The position numbers and the translations under genes were made by a program. Under the pieces are notes generated by a model. It saw nothing but the letters and a program-made list of their open reading frames with translations, ran no database searches and was not told where the DNA came from. From a virus (lineage: Duplodnaviria; Caudoviricetes): 64,000 nucleotides of DNA. This document shows positions 37,465 through 47,491 of this stretch, one piece after another (the stretch's first letter is position 1; each line of letters starts with the position of its first letter). The DNA lies in the IMG/VR virus record IMGVR_UViG_3300028588_000015, positions 161,548-225,547 of that record. One strand, given 5' to 3'.

Positions 37465-39096
37465 ATGGCACAGAATTCCGATATCCCATTTAACCTAACA
37501 CTACTGGAAACTTCGTTGCCGCAGTTACAAGGACTGCGCCCCACCCGGGCACTCGACATCTTCGAGGGCACTACCGGAAACTTTGCCGAAGATGGTTTCT
37601 TCTCGGCGTTGACATTTGGTAAGGTTGGCGACCCTCGGCGTTTGACCCGGTTCTCCTATGTCGATATCAAAATCGAGGTTTTCCATCCAGCGATTTACCG
37701 GGCGTTCATCGCATTAAAGCGTATGTACGCGGGTATTCTGTCGGGCCAAGAATACGTCCTGTGGAACGACGAACTGGGCGACTTTGAGCGCTCGGACTCG
37801 ACCAACGGCAAGACGGGGTTTGCGTACTTCGTCAAGTACTGGAAAAGTATCAAGTTCACGGAAAGCAAGAGTGTCCTGCGGATGCAGAACATCCTCTTGA
37901 TCGAAAACTTCAAGAACGGCAAAGAAGACGCGATGACACGCCGTATCATCGTGATGCCGGCGGGACTGCGCGACATCGAAGTCGGCGAAGACGGCCGGAC
38001 CCGGGAAGATGAAATCAACGGCATGTACCGGACGCTATTGTCGGTGAGTAACACGATCACCGAGTCGACTGTGAGCAACAACCCGGAAGTGCTTGACACG
38101 GCGCGGTATGCATTGCAGATGAAGTTTATCGAGATTTACGAAACGGTGGAGCGGATGGTCGAGGGCAAGAAGAAACTGCTCTTGAACAAGTTTGCGTCGC
38201 GCGCCATCATGAACGGCACCCGTAACGTGATCACGGCCATGGACACCAGTGTGGCGTACTTGGGCGCGGATGGCAACATCGACTTCAATACCACGATCGT
38301 CGGTCTGTACCAGGCCAGTAAAGCCATCCTGCCGATGTCGCAGTACATGATCAGGAATGGCTTCCTGTCGAAGGTTTTTCACACGGTCAATACGCCCGCT
38401 ACCTTGGTCAACAAGAAAACATTGGCCCGGGAAGAGGTATTGCTCAAGCCCGCCCAGTTTACTTACTGGATGACGGACGAAGGCGTCGAAAAGATTCTGA
38501 CGCGTTTCGCTGAAGAATCGATTCGCGACGTGCCGGTGGAAATCGAAGGCCGTTACTTGGGCCTGGTTTACAAAGGCCCGGATGGCACCTTCAAGCTGAT
38601 GCAAGACATCAGCGAACTGCCGGAAGGCCGCTCGAAAGAGCACGTGACGCCCATCACGTTGTGTGAACTGATCTACTTGTCCGGCTACAAAGAGTGGAAC
38701 AAGTACGCCATGTACGTCACACGTTACCCGATCGAAGGCCCGGGTAGCATTTACCCGAGCATGATGCACGTCAAGACGACGATCGTCTCCGAAGTGCGAC
38801 GCGAACTCGATGAGAATTGGATAGTGATGGGTGACGACTGTGTTGCCTACGAATTCCCCACCAAAGGACCGTACATTAACAGTATGGTTCCACACTCTTC
38901 CCGTTTAGTGCGCATGAAGGCTGACTTCGACGGCGACATGACATCGGGCAACGGTGCGTATACCCAAGAGTCTCTGGCCGAACTGGCCGAGTTCTTCCAA
39001 TCCAAACAAGCCTATGTCGGCACCGACGGTGACTTCCTTTTCAGTACCGATGTGTCCACCGTCAACCTGGTACTCCACAACATGACCGGCGACTAA
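37465..39096 (+). CDS. rpoC: Virion RNA polymerase beta' subunit N-terminal/catalytic fragment (phiKZ gp180-like)
   Basis: ADFDGD at 38920-38937; GFFS..TFG, RIIVMPAGLRD and TRYPI motifs parallel bacterial beta'. Confidence 0.92.
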   Translation: MAQNSDIPFNLTLLETSLPQLQGLRPTRALDIFEGTTGNFAEDGFFSALTFGKVGDPRRLTRFSYVDIKIEVFHPAIYRAFIALKRMYAGILSGQEYVLWNDELGDFERSDSTNGKTGFAYFVKYWKSIKFTESKSVLRMQNILLIENFKNGKEDAMTRRIIVMPAGLRDIEVGEDGRTREDEINGMYRTLLSVSNTITESTVSNNPEVLDTARYALQMKFIEIYETVERMVEGKKKLLLNKFASRAIMNGTRNVITAMDTSVAYLGADGNIDFNTTIVGLYQASKAILPMSQYMIRNGFLSKVFHTVNTPATLVNKKTLAREEVLLKPAQFTYWMTDEGVEKILTRFAEESIRDVPVEIEGRYLGLVYKGPDGTFKLMQDISELPEGRSKEHVTPITLCELIYLSGYKEWNKYAMYVTRYPIEGPGSIYPSMMHVKTTIVSEVRRELDENWIVMGDDCVAYEFPTKGPYINSMVPHSSRLVRMKADFDGDMTSGNGAYTQESLAELAEFFQSKQAYVGTDGDFLFSTDVSTVNLVLHNMTGD

Positions 39097-39122
39097 AAAC
39101 TTACCTCTTAACAGGAGTAATA

Positions 39123-39239
39123 ATGAATAAGGCCATCGAGATTTTTGGTCTGGCATGCTTCATACTGGCGGGACTTTTGATGTTGTCGCCGTATTTCATC
39201 ATGGCATGGAACGGCCTGATGGAAGAACGAAAAAGGTAA
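39123..39239 (+). CDS. 38-aa single-TM microprotein (not in the ORF track)
   Basis: AGGAG RBS at 39113-39117; MNKAIEIFGLACFILAGLLMLSPYFIMAWNGLMEERKR; fills the gap between beta' and beta. Confidence 0.6.
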   Translation: MNKAIEIFGLACFILAGLLMLSPYFIMAWNGLMEERKR

Positions 39240-39246
39240 AAAACAA

Positions 39247-42200
39247 ATGGCACTTTCCCCCTACGACACTTACTTCCGGGTGGCCGGGGTGCGCACGACT
39301 GCGCACTTGACCACCCCGCCTTTGATCAATGTCGCCAAACTGCAACTGCCACGGGCGGCAGTCCTGCATTACTTAAGCAATGGCCAGTTGGATTTGGCAC
39401 CGTCACCGAACGATCCCATTTTCTTGGGCTACAGCAAACCCATCCTGATCAACCACCAAATCGAACTGGTCAATCCGGAAGGACGACCTGTCCATGTGCC
39501 AGCTGGCTTGGCACAAGAAATCAAGGACTATCACGCCAGTGGTCGTAACCGCCGTTTCCGCCGCCTGCACGATCTTGCGTCGGCGATCCGGGACGAACCG
39601 ACACTCGTCGTCTACAACTACGGCTACCTGAACAAAGCGTACAAGTACCCGCGCTCGATGTACAGTGAGTTCTATCGTTGGCACAACGACCAAAAAACGA
39701 TGTGGGCCAATATCGTCAACGTGATTGCCGCCACACAGCGGCAGCAGTTCATCCGCTGTCATCTGCCGAAGTTGCTGCCCAGTATCTCGGAAATGAAAAC
39801 CGGCGAAGGCGGCCTGTCGCAGCGTGTGGTGAACCTCTTCGATTCCCCCGAGAGCCTGATGCTGTTGGAACTGTGGAAGTGGTTCGGTAAAGACCGCCAA
39901 ACCTCGCTGTTAGCTCATCTGAACGACGAGCAAGCGCATCATGTCAATCTGGTGTTTGTGGAATCGGGTCGCTGGTTTGTGGTAAACCTGGGCTTGATGA
40001 ATGATTGGCGTAAAGCCACAGATGAAGAACTGGCGACCAACCCCAAGGCCAATCGCCGCGGTATCGCCGCCTCGGATGTGCAGATTCGTTTCTTGCGATT
40101 GATGATGGCCCTCTTCGAAGTGCGCACCGTGGCTGGTCCCGAGACCGATGCTCGCACAGAGGCCGAGAAGGCAATTGATGCAGGTCAGAGTAAGACAGTC
40201 GTCCAGCCAAGTGCCAAGGTACCGAAGATGGACCGGACCACCGGTAAAGTGGTGCTGTCGGACCCTGAAGACGACACCACCTTGGTGGGCACGGGTGACC
40301 AGCATGCTGCCACTGAAACCGGTGACGATGTCAAGGCCGACCCGAAGCTCACCGAAGAGATGGCGGAAGCTTTGAACAAGCTGGAGTTCTTGGCACAGCA
40401 ACGATTAGCCGCCCAAGGCCAGAACGATGAGACAGTCGATGCAGAACCGCCCCGGGAAACCCCAGAAGAACGAATGCTGGCGGTCCTTGATCAGAAAGCG
40501 GCTGACGGCTACATCTCTGGCGCCGAATACAACCGGTTTACCAAGTTGGCAGCGAGTTACAAGACCATGCTGGCACCCGATGGCTCGGCCACGTTGGAGC
40601 ACTTCATCAAGATCGATCCTGCCTTGGTGAAGATCGACGAGTCGCCCTCGATTGTCGATATCCCGACCGTGATCGATAAGACGATGCTCAAGTCGAGCCT
40701 TTTGGCCTATGACAGCCGTTACGTGAAGAATGTGTTCCAGCGTGACGTGGCTGGCATGGTGATGTCGGTACAAAACGCCGGCATTGCAGTCACGGGTTTT
40801 GACGTGGAAGAAGTGGAAAACATCACGGGCGGCTACCGTAGTTACACCTTGCGGGTCGCACCCATCGAAGGTGCGGCCTCCACGCTGCGCTTTAAGCTAC
40901 CGATCGTCGATGAAGAAGGCACTTACCGTGCCAACGGCATCAACTACAAGCTGCGCAAACAAGACATCGACTTGCCGATACGTAAAGTGGCGCCCTCCAA
41001 AGTGGCACTCACGAGCTACTATGGTAAGACCTTCGTTACGCTCAGCGATAAGCGAGTGAATGATTATGCCACTTGGCTGACCAATAACGTCATGGCAAAA
41101 GGACTGGATGATGCAGACCTGACCGTCGTGGACCTGTACCCGGCTAACGTGTTCGACAACAAATTCTTGGCGCCGCGTCTCTACAGTTCGCTGGCAATGC
41201 GTTTCCGCGGTATCACAGTAGCGGGGTTTGCCATGAACTTCGACCACACCAAGCGTGAATCGCTTTACACCAAAGAAGTGTTGGCGCAATACGAAAAAGA
41301 TGGCGCCTTGGTGGTGGGGTCGAACAAGAAGAACCAATTCATGGTGATGGACAAGAACGGCGTCCTGTATATCGGCGAAAGTGGTGTCCTTAAAGATTTG
41401 GGGACACTGGAAAGTCTGATCCATTTGGACAGTACCGGCGCGCCCGTCGACTTCGCTGAACTGAAAGTGCGTAACCGCACGATCCCGCTGGGTGTGGTGT
41501 TGGGTTACGAAATGGGCTTGACCAAGCTCATGCGCCTTCTGAAGGTGGAACCGCGACGTGTACCGGCCGGTGGCCGCAAGCAACTGCAACCGAACGAATA
41601 CGCGTTGGAATTTAGCGATGAATCGCTGATCTTTGACCGCAACGATCGAAAAGCTGCACTGGTGCTTGCAGGCTTTAAAGAATTCCACCGCGCGATCCGC
41701 AATTACAGCGTGTATGAATTCGATCGCCCAGCAGTGTATCTGAACACGCTGGAATCGAATGGACTGAAAATCCACCACCTGCGTGAAATCGACTTGATGT
41801 ACCAGATGTTTGTCGATTCGATCACGAAAGAGTTGCTGATTGAAATGAAGGAGCCAACGGACTTCCGTGGTCTGTTGCTGCGCAGTGCCGAACTCCTGAT
41901 GGTGGATTACCATCCGGACGAGAACGACGCCGCCTTCATGCGTAAACGCGGCTACGAGCGGATGGCTGGCGCTGTGTACACCAACCTGATCGAATCGATC
42001 CGGGCGCACAACTCGCGTGGTAGTAAATCCAAGGTCCCGATCGAACTGCACCCGTACGCAGTCTGGAAGACGATTGCGGAAGATGCCTCGGTATCCTTGG
42101 TGTCGGAAATCAATCCGATTCAAGACTTGAAAGAAAAGGAAGCTGTCACCAGCGGTGGCACCGGTGGTCGCAGCAGCCGCAGCATGACCAAGAAGAACCG

Positions 42201-43521
42201 TTCGTTCCACCGCAACGCGATGGGTACGATTTCGGAATCGACGGTCGACAGTTCGGACGTGGGCATCAACACGTACACGAGTGCCGACCCGCAGTTCACT
42301 TCGCTGCGCGGTATCTCGCGCCGCTACGATAAAGACACGCATGGCGCAACTGCGCTGTTGTCGACGTCTGCCTTGACGTCGGTCGGTGCCGACATGGACG
42401 ATCCACGTCGTGTGAACTTCATCGGTATTCAAAACGGCCACACTGTCTCGTGCAATGGCTACCGTCAATTACCGGTGCGTACTGGTTACGAGCAAGTCAT
42501 CGCACACCGGACCAGTTCGCTGTTTGCTGCCAGTGCTAAGAAAGACGGCAAGGTGGTGGCAGTGAATGATAGCGGCATCATGGTTGAATATGCTGACGGT
42601 GAAATTAAAGGCTTCCCATTGGGTCGCAAGTATGGCGCAGCCGCCGGCATGACCATTCCGCACACGCTTGTGACGGAATTGAAAGAGGGCCAGAAGTTCA
42701 AGGCCGGTGACATCATCACTTACAACAATGGCTTCTTCGAACGCGACGTACTGAATCCGAAAAACGTCGTCTGGATGCAAGGTGCACTGGTGAAGGTGGC
42801 CCTCATGGAAAACCCAGCCACGCTGGAAGACTCGTCCATGATTTCGCCGAAGGTCTCTGACCTCATGCGCACTAAGATCACCAAGGTGCGCATGATCAAA
42901 TTGAACTTCGATCAAGTGATCAGCCGGGTGCGTAAACCAGGTGAAGTGCTGAAAACCGAAGATATTTTATGTGTGATTGAAGATTCGGTAACGGCTAACC
43001 AAAACCTGTTTGACGAAACCTCACTGGACACGCTGCGCGCTCTGAGTGCGCACACCCCAACCGCCAAGGCCAAAGGTGTGCTGGAACATATCGAAGTGTT
43101 CTACCACGGCGACAAAGAAGACATGTCGGAGTCGCTGCGCGCGCTGGCAACAGCCTGTGACAAGGGTTTGGTGACACGGCAAAAAGCCGAAGGCAAGAAA
43201 GCTTATACCGGACAGGTCGATGACAGTTTCCGGGTAGAAGGCGATCCCCTGATGCTCGATACCTTGGTCATCAAGTTCTACATCACCAGTGAGGTCCCGG
43301 CCGGTGAAGGTGACAAAGGTGTGTTTGCCAACCAGCTGAAAACGGTGTTTGGTAAAGTCATGACCGGGGAAGTCAAGAGTGAGTCGGGCGTGATCGTGGA
43401 CGCCATCTTCGGTGCAAAGTCAGTGGACGATCGTATCGTTAACTCGCCTTACGCCATGGGCACCACCACCACGCTGCTTAAGGTTCTGGCCAAGCGCGCC
43501 GTGAAAGCCTACCGCAGTTAA
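39247..43521 (+). CDS. rpoB: Virion RNA polymerase beta subunit, large N-terminal fragment (phiKZ gp178-like)
   Basis: 1424 aa; motifs TVDSSDVGI, DDPRRVNFIGIQNGH, LEDSSMIS, GDKGVFANQLK, DAIFG..S...R match beta conserved regions. Confidence 0.92.
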   Translation: MALSPYDTYFRVAGVRTTAHLTTPPLINVAKLQLPRAAVLHYLSNGQLDLAPSPNDPIFLGYSKPILINHQIELVNPEGRPVHVPAGLAQEIKDYHASGRNRRFRRLHDLASAIRDEPTLVVYNYGYLNKAYKYPRSMYSEFYRWHNDQKTMWANIVNVIAATQRQQFIRCHLPKLLPSISEMKTGEGGLSQRVVNLFDSPESLMLLELWKWFGKDRQTSLLAHLNDEQAHHVNLVFVESGRWFVVNLGLMNDWRKATDEELATNPKANRRGIAASDVQIRFLRLMMALFEVRTVAGPETDARTEAEKAIDAGQSKTVVQPSAKVPKMDRTTGKVVLSDPEDDTTLVGTGDQHAATETGDDVKADPKLTEEMAEALNKLEFLAQQRLAAQGQNDETVDAEPPRETPEERMLAVLDQKAADGYISGAEYNRFTKLAASYKTMLAPDGSATLEHFIKIDPALVKIDESPSIVDIPTVIDKTMLKSSLLAYDSRYVKNVFQRDVAGMVMSVQNAGIAVTGFDVEEVENITGGYRSYTLRVAPIEGAASTLRFKLPIVDEEGTYRANGINYKLRKQDIDLPIRKVAPSKVALTSYYGKTFVTLSDKRVNDYATWLTNNVMAKGLDDADLTVVDLYPANVFDNKFLAPRLYSSLAMRFRGITVAGFAMNFDHTKRESLYTKEVLAQYEKDGALVVGSNKKNQFMVMDKNGVLYIGESGVLKDLGTLESLIHLDSTGAPVDFAELKVRNRTIPLGVVLGYEMGLTKLMRLLKVEPRRVPAGGRKQLQPNEYALEFSDESLIFDRNDRKAALVLAGFKEFHRAIRNYSVYEFDRPAVYLNTLESNGLKIHHLREIDLMYQMFVDSITKELLIEMKEPTDFRGLLLRSAELLMVDYHPDENDAAFMRKRGYERMAGAVYTNLIESIRAHNSRGSKSKVPIELHPYAVWKTIAEDASVSLVSEINPIQDLKEKEAVTSGGTGGRSSRSMTKKNRSFHRNAMGTISESTVDSSDVGINTYTSADPQFTSLRGISRRYDKDTHGATALLSTSALTSVGADMDDPRRVNFIGIQNGHTVSCNGYRQLPVRTGYEQVIAHRTSSLFAASAKKDGKVVAVNDSGIMVEYADGEIKGFPLGRKYGAAAGMTIPHTLVTELKEGQKFKAGDIITYNNGFFERDVLNPKNVVWMQGALVKVALMENPATLEDSSMISPKVSDLMRTKITKVRMIKLNFDQVISRVRKPGEVLKTEDILCVIEDSVTANQNLFDETSLDTLRALSAHTPTAKAKGVLEHIEVFYHGDKEDMSESLRALATACDKGLVTRQKAEGKKAYTGQVDDSFRVEGDPLMLDTLVIKFYITSEVPAGEGDKGVFANQLKTVFGKVMTGEVKSESGVIVDAIFGAKSVDDRIVNSPYAMGTTTTLLKVLAKRAVKAYRS

Positions 43522-43526
43522 GAACA

Positions 43527-43552
43527 CGCAGGCGGGGATGCCCTCGCCTGCG
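43527..43552 (+). terminator. Intrinsic terminator after vRNAP beta
   Basis: CGCAGGCG...CGCCTGCG followed by T-rich sequence. Confidence 0.65.
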
Positions 43553-43600
43553 GTCTTGTTTTATTTCGCTTATATACAAGGACCTTTTTAAGGAATTCCC

Positions 43601-43798
43601 ATGCAATCTCCCCAGACTGTGACGACGGTGGTCGTGCTCGCCAATGCAGCCGAACTCGTCAACAACATCGCGCGCGGTGTGCTCGGTAACGATGTTGCCG
43701 ATACCTTCCAGGGCAGCGTGATCTCGCGCGGCCTTATTTACAACATGGTGCAAACCCAAGCGCAGCAGAAGTTGGCTGCCCACCTGCAAGGAGGCTAA
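43601..43798 (+). CDS. Small hypothetical protein
   Basis: AAGGAA RBS; 65 aa; its end contains the RBS (GGAGG) of the next gene. Confidence 0.65.
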   Translation: MQSPQTVTTVVVLANAAELVNNIARGVLGNDVADTFQGSVISRGLIYNMVQTQAQQKLAAHLQGG

Positions 43799-43799
43799 C

Positions 43800-45242
43800 A
43801 TGCTCAGCCGTGAAGCACTCGAAACCACCCTGCCGCTGGCAGAACGTCTGGACGCCAACAAGATCATCCTGATGCCGCTGCCGGGCTCGCAACTGGACGC
43901 ACTGGTGCGCGACACCCGCGCCAGTACCCTGTTCAACATCCAGATGGGCGATGGCGGCGTGATGCCCGACATCGACAACATCGCCTTTGTCGCCAACACC
44001 AGAAACGAAAAGCTGGGCTTTTCGGACCACGATATCCAGATGGACGACTGCTCCGAACTCGTGGCGGATGCGGTGCGCAAGCATATCGCCTATGCCCGCA
44101 CTGTCGTGACGCCGGTGATCCTCGACATGGTCGAACGCGTGACAACCGCGCAGAAGAACTCGCCGAGCATTTCCTCGCTGCTGGGCCTGGAAGTCGTGGT
44201 CTGGAATCCGCCGGCGCCGCTGACCAACAACAACTTCGCCGGCAGTCTGCGTGAATACGAAGGCGTGGCCTTTATCGAAGCGAACTTCCCGTTTACCCTG
44301 GAAGCCAAATCGTTCGAGGAACTGGTCACCCTGATGGAAACCGGCAAGTCGTCGGTCGACACCGACATCCGTGCCTGGGCTGCTGCAAAAGGCGCAGACT
44401 TCTTCCTGGGTGTCTGGGCCGAAGCATTCCAGAACATGCTGCGCAAAGAAGTTGGTGGTCGTCCCCGTACCTTCTACGAAATGACCTCGCACAGTGAAAC
44501 CGGTGCCGACTTCGCTCTGGCCGTGTTCCTGCTGGCGCGCCGCCTGATCGAGGACCCGCCGGAAAACACCGGCCTCGCGCTGCAAGCATACAAAGAAGGC
44601 ATGGCGGCCTTCCGTGACCAGGCAGCGCTGCGCCTGAACGCCGTACTGTCCGAACTGGAACGCGACACCAACGTCGGTCGTCTGGTTCGTAACATTAGCG
44701 GCAAAGTTACAATTGTCAGCGGTCCCGTCTACAAGGCATGGATCGAACAGGATGGCAGCAACGAAATCCTGTTCGGCAACATGCTGTCGAATACGCCGAT
44801 GTACACGGTCGATCAGATCAACGGCCAAGCTGCTGCCCTGCGTGCGTACTGGCACCGTCACGAGACGGCCACGGTCCTGACCGAAAACGCGGCACGCTTG
44901 AACCGCGACCTGGCCCTGCTGCGTAAGGTTTTCATCGAGCAGCTCCACGAGCTGACCGATCCGAACGAAGCCAACCAGCAAAACATCACGATCATCACGC
45001 GCCTGTTCGATAAAGAACTGGGCATGGTCACGAAGGACGACTTCAAGAACCTGCGCACGCTATGCATGCGCTTGATCTGCCGCTCGCGCTTCTACCAGAC
45101 CGATGCAGAATTCATCCTCGAAAGCGGCGACGCAATCTTGCGTGAATTCCCGAATATCGACCCGCGTGAAGCTTACGCCATGGCAACTATCGAATACATC
45201 ATTCGCTGGGTGCTGTCGCAGATCAAACCCGTGTCGGCCTAA
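43800..45242 (+). CDS. Conserved head-associated protein (phiKZ gp177-like)
   Basis: 480 aa, strong codon bias, syntenic between vRNAP beta and the protease. Confidence 0.6.
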   Translation: MLSREALETTLPLAERLDANKIILMPLPGSQLDALVRDTRASTLFNIQMGDGGVMPDIDNIAFVANTRNEKLGFSDHDIQMDDCSELVADAVRKHIAYARTVVTPVILDMVERVTTAQKNSPSISSLLGLEVVVWNPPAPLTNNNFAGSLREYEGVAFIEANFPFTLEAKSFEELVTLMETGKSSVDTDIRAWAAAKGADFFLGVWAEAFQNMLRKEVGGRPRTFYEMTSHSETGADFALAVFLLARRLIEDPPENTGLALQAYKEGMAAFRDQAALRLNAVLSELERDTNVGRLVRNISGKVTIVSGPVYKAWIEQDGSNEILFGNMLSNTPMYTVDQINGQAAALRAYWHRHETATVLTENAARLNRDLALLRKVFIEQLHELTDPNEANQQNITIITRLFDKELGMVTKDDFKNLRTLCMRLICRSRFYQTDAEFILESGDAILREFPNIDPREAYAMATIEYIIRWVLSQIKPVSA

Positions 45243-45245
45243 GCG

Positions 45246-45971
45246 ATGGATCTCACCCGCTATATCCGTGACGCGGATCGGGTGCATGCGAGTTTGAAAG
45301 AACTCGCCGATGAAAGCCTGGTGGCCGTGCGTCCGCTGAAGCTGTACGTTCCTGTGCGCTTTGCGGAGCACGGTCTGGCCGAGGTTGGCATCGAAACGTA
45401 TGTGTGCGGGATCGTCATGTATCTTGTCGAGGACAAGTACTATTCGATCTCGCTCATCAACGCCATGATGCGCATCACGCCCACGTCCACCCTGAAGGTC
45501 ACCCTGGAAGAAGAAGAATACTACGAGTTCTATTTTGAACCCGGTAGTACCGTCATCCCTTCTTTGCAACTCATCCGCACTGACACCCTGGTGTATGAAA
45601 TCTTTGACGAACTCTTCGCCAAAGGTCGTGTACCGAAGTACGTCACGTACGACGACATGTCGCGTATCTTTGATACCGCGAAGAAACACGCAAACGCCAA
45701 TGTAGGTGGTAACCACGAAGTGACTTCCATGTTGGTGTCGCTCATCGCCCGCAATGCCAAGAACCGGCGCCAGTACTATCGCCAGTTCGTCACAACCCAG
45801 AGCGACCTCACGACCAATCCTCCGATCTGGACTGCGCTGTACAGCGTCACCGATGCGGCCACCAATACGCTCAATAAGCTCGCGGGCTCGTACTTCCACG
45901 AAGGTGTGGTCAGTGCGCTGAACAGCCCATCGGAGCGCAAAGAACGTATCGAAACCCTCTTAACGAGTTAA
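45246..45971 (+). CDS. Probable vRNAP beta' C-terminal fragment (phiKZ gp176-like)
   Basis: C-terminal TNTLNKLAGSYFHEGVVSAL..P..R.ERIE.LL resembles the beta' S...ASFQET...L..AA region; adjacent to the protease as in phiKZ and SPN3US. Confidence 0.6.
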   Translation: MDLTRYIRDADRVHASLKELADESLVAVRPLKLYVPVRFAEHGLAEVGIETYVCGIVMYLVEDKYYSISLINAMMRITPTSTLKVTLEEEEYYEFYFEPGSTVIPSLQLIRTDTLVYEIFDELFAKGRVPKYVTYDDMSRIFDTAKKHANANVGGNHEVTSMLVSLIARNAKNRRQYYRQFVTTQSDLTTNPPIWTALYSVTDAATNTLNKLAGSYFHEGVVSALNSPSERKERIETLLTS

Positions 45972-45974
45972 GTC

Positions 45975-46784
45975 ATGACGACCATGCCACCCCGTAACTC
46001 CATTCGCTTTGCCTGTACGTCTCTGAAAGGAACGAACAAGGTCGGCGTTTTGCCTGTCGATGAAAATGGTTACCGGACCATGATCGTCGGCGCCCTCAAC
46101 ATGTTCAATTCGGCTGGCGAATTCTACGTGGCAGAAGAGGCCAAGGAGCTGATTGTTAACAGCTCCAGTGCGTTCCAGCGCCGTGTCGCACGCGGCGTCC
46201 TGAAGGCCGAATACGGCCATCCCAAGCCCTTCCCGGGGCAATCGGAGCGCTCGTTCGCGGCACGCGTCCTCAACATCGATGAAGACCGGGTCGCAGCGCA
46301 CCACAAAGAAATCTGGCTCGACTTCGATGCCAAAGCCCCAGATGGCAAATCCGTGATCGGCATCATGAGTAAGGTGCGCGATTCCGGTCCGTTCGGCCCA
46401 ACCCTGGCCCGTTCACTGGAAAACAAAGACGAGAACGTTTGCTTCTCGATCCGCGCTTTCACGGACGACAAGATGATGGGCGGTATCAATTACCGCACGC
46501 TGCGCCAGATCATCACGTTTGACTACGTGAATGAGCCCGGCATGGCGTTGGCTGAAAAGTTCCGCTCGCCGGCACTCGAAGGTTTCACCGGTTCGTTCCT
46601 GAACCCGGCAGCATTTGAAACCGACTTCGAACGCACCATGACGCGCAGCATGCTGGAAGCTGGTCTGGCAGAAGACACCCGTAACGGTGTGGCAACTGAA
46701 TCGGCTTTCCTGAATGCAGTCGATCTATACCGCACGATGGGCTGGCAGCAAACGGCCGATTTGCCCGCTTGGGCGAAGTGGTAA
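45975..46784 (+). CDS. Prohead (head maturation) serine protease (phiKZ gp175-like)
   Basis: EYGHP and FSIRAFT catalytic-type motifs, TFDYVNEPG, C-terminal AxE sites (ALE, AFE, ATE). Confidence 0.85.
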   Translation: MTTMPPRNSIRFACTSLKGTNKVGVLPVDENGYRTMIVGALNMFNSAGEFYVAEEAKELIVNSSSAFQRRVARGVLKAEYGHPKPFPGQSERSFAARVLNIDEDRVAAHHKEIWLDFDAKAPDGKSVIGIMSKVRDSGPFGPTLARSLENKDENVCFSIRAFTDDKMMGGINYRTLRQIITFDYVNEPGMALAEKFRSPALEGFTGSFLNPAAFETDFERTMTRSMLEAGLAEDTRNGVATESAFLNAVDLYRTMGWQQTADLPAWAKW

Positions 46785-46787
46785 AGT

Positions 46788-46819
46788 AAAGGAGAAGCTT
46801 CGGCTTCTCCTTTATGCCG
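46788..46819 (+). terminator. Intrinsic terminator plus TATGCCG
   Basis: AAAGGAGAAGC-TTCG-GCTTCTCCTTT-ATGCCG. Confidence 0.85.
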
Positions 46820-46939
46820 TGTGGTCAAAATAATTACAACCACATATCACCGATGTGTATTCGATCCATGATTGATCGATTTTTATACTGGGTTGCTATC
46901 GTTTTATGAAGTATAACCTTTTACGGAAAGTTAACCAGC

Positions 46940-47422
46940 ATGACTGAACAAACCGCGCAGCAGCACCTGCTGATTCTGAACGGCACCAAGTACGACCTCG
47001 ACAAAGTGCGGAACATCCCCGGCACGATCATCGAGGTCAAACGTGAAGACCTTTGCCCTGACATCAACTGCTCTGAAATTCAAGTCGGCCTGCACGCTGT
47101 GACGGCGCCCCAGCAAGTGACTTACCAAGAAAACACACCGCGTGCTGGTTACCGCGAATACCAGAGCGATCCATCGGATGCGGTGGTGGTCATTAAGCAC
47201 ATGGGCAAGTTCCTGCTGCTGCTTGGCCACGCGACAATTTTGCGTTCGACCAAGCGGCTGGTCCGGGTGCGCCTGATTACAACCGTCGCCATGAAGGACC
47301 GAGCGCGCTTGCCGAATGCACCTGCGCCCGCTGAACCGGCGTGGGTGGCACCTGCCAGTTCGTATAACAACGAATTCAAGAACACGCCGCGTTTCAAAGA
47401 ACACAAGAAATTTACCCGATAG
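46940..47422 (+). CDS. Hypothetical protein
   Basis: 160-aa ORF. Confidence 0.65.
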   Translation: MTEQTAQQHLLILNGTKYDLDKVRNIPGTIIEVKREDLCPDINCSEIQVGLHAVTAPQQVTYQENTPRAGYREYQSDPSDAVVVIKHMGKFLLLLGHATILRSTKRLVRVRLITTVAMKDRARLPNAPAPAEPAWVAPASSYNNEFKNTPRFKEHKKFTR

Positions 47423-47491
47423 CATTTCGCTGTCACCTCTTGCAGTACCCATTGACCCGTAAGGGCATTAACCATGAAAAAGGAAACAACC

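Noticed and set aside
40897-42468. 523-aa minus-strand ORF inside vRNAP beta
   Set aside because: Fully antisense to a clearly real gene; typical codon-bias shadow.
37465-43521. Inteins or group I introns in the RNAP genes (also checked terminase)
   Set aside because: Reading frames are continuous, of expected size, with no C...HN blocks or endonuclease motifs seen.
43734-44981. 415-aa minus-strand ORF
   Set aside because: Antisense shadow of 43800..45242.
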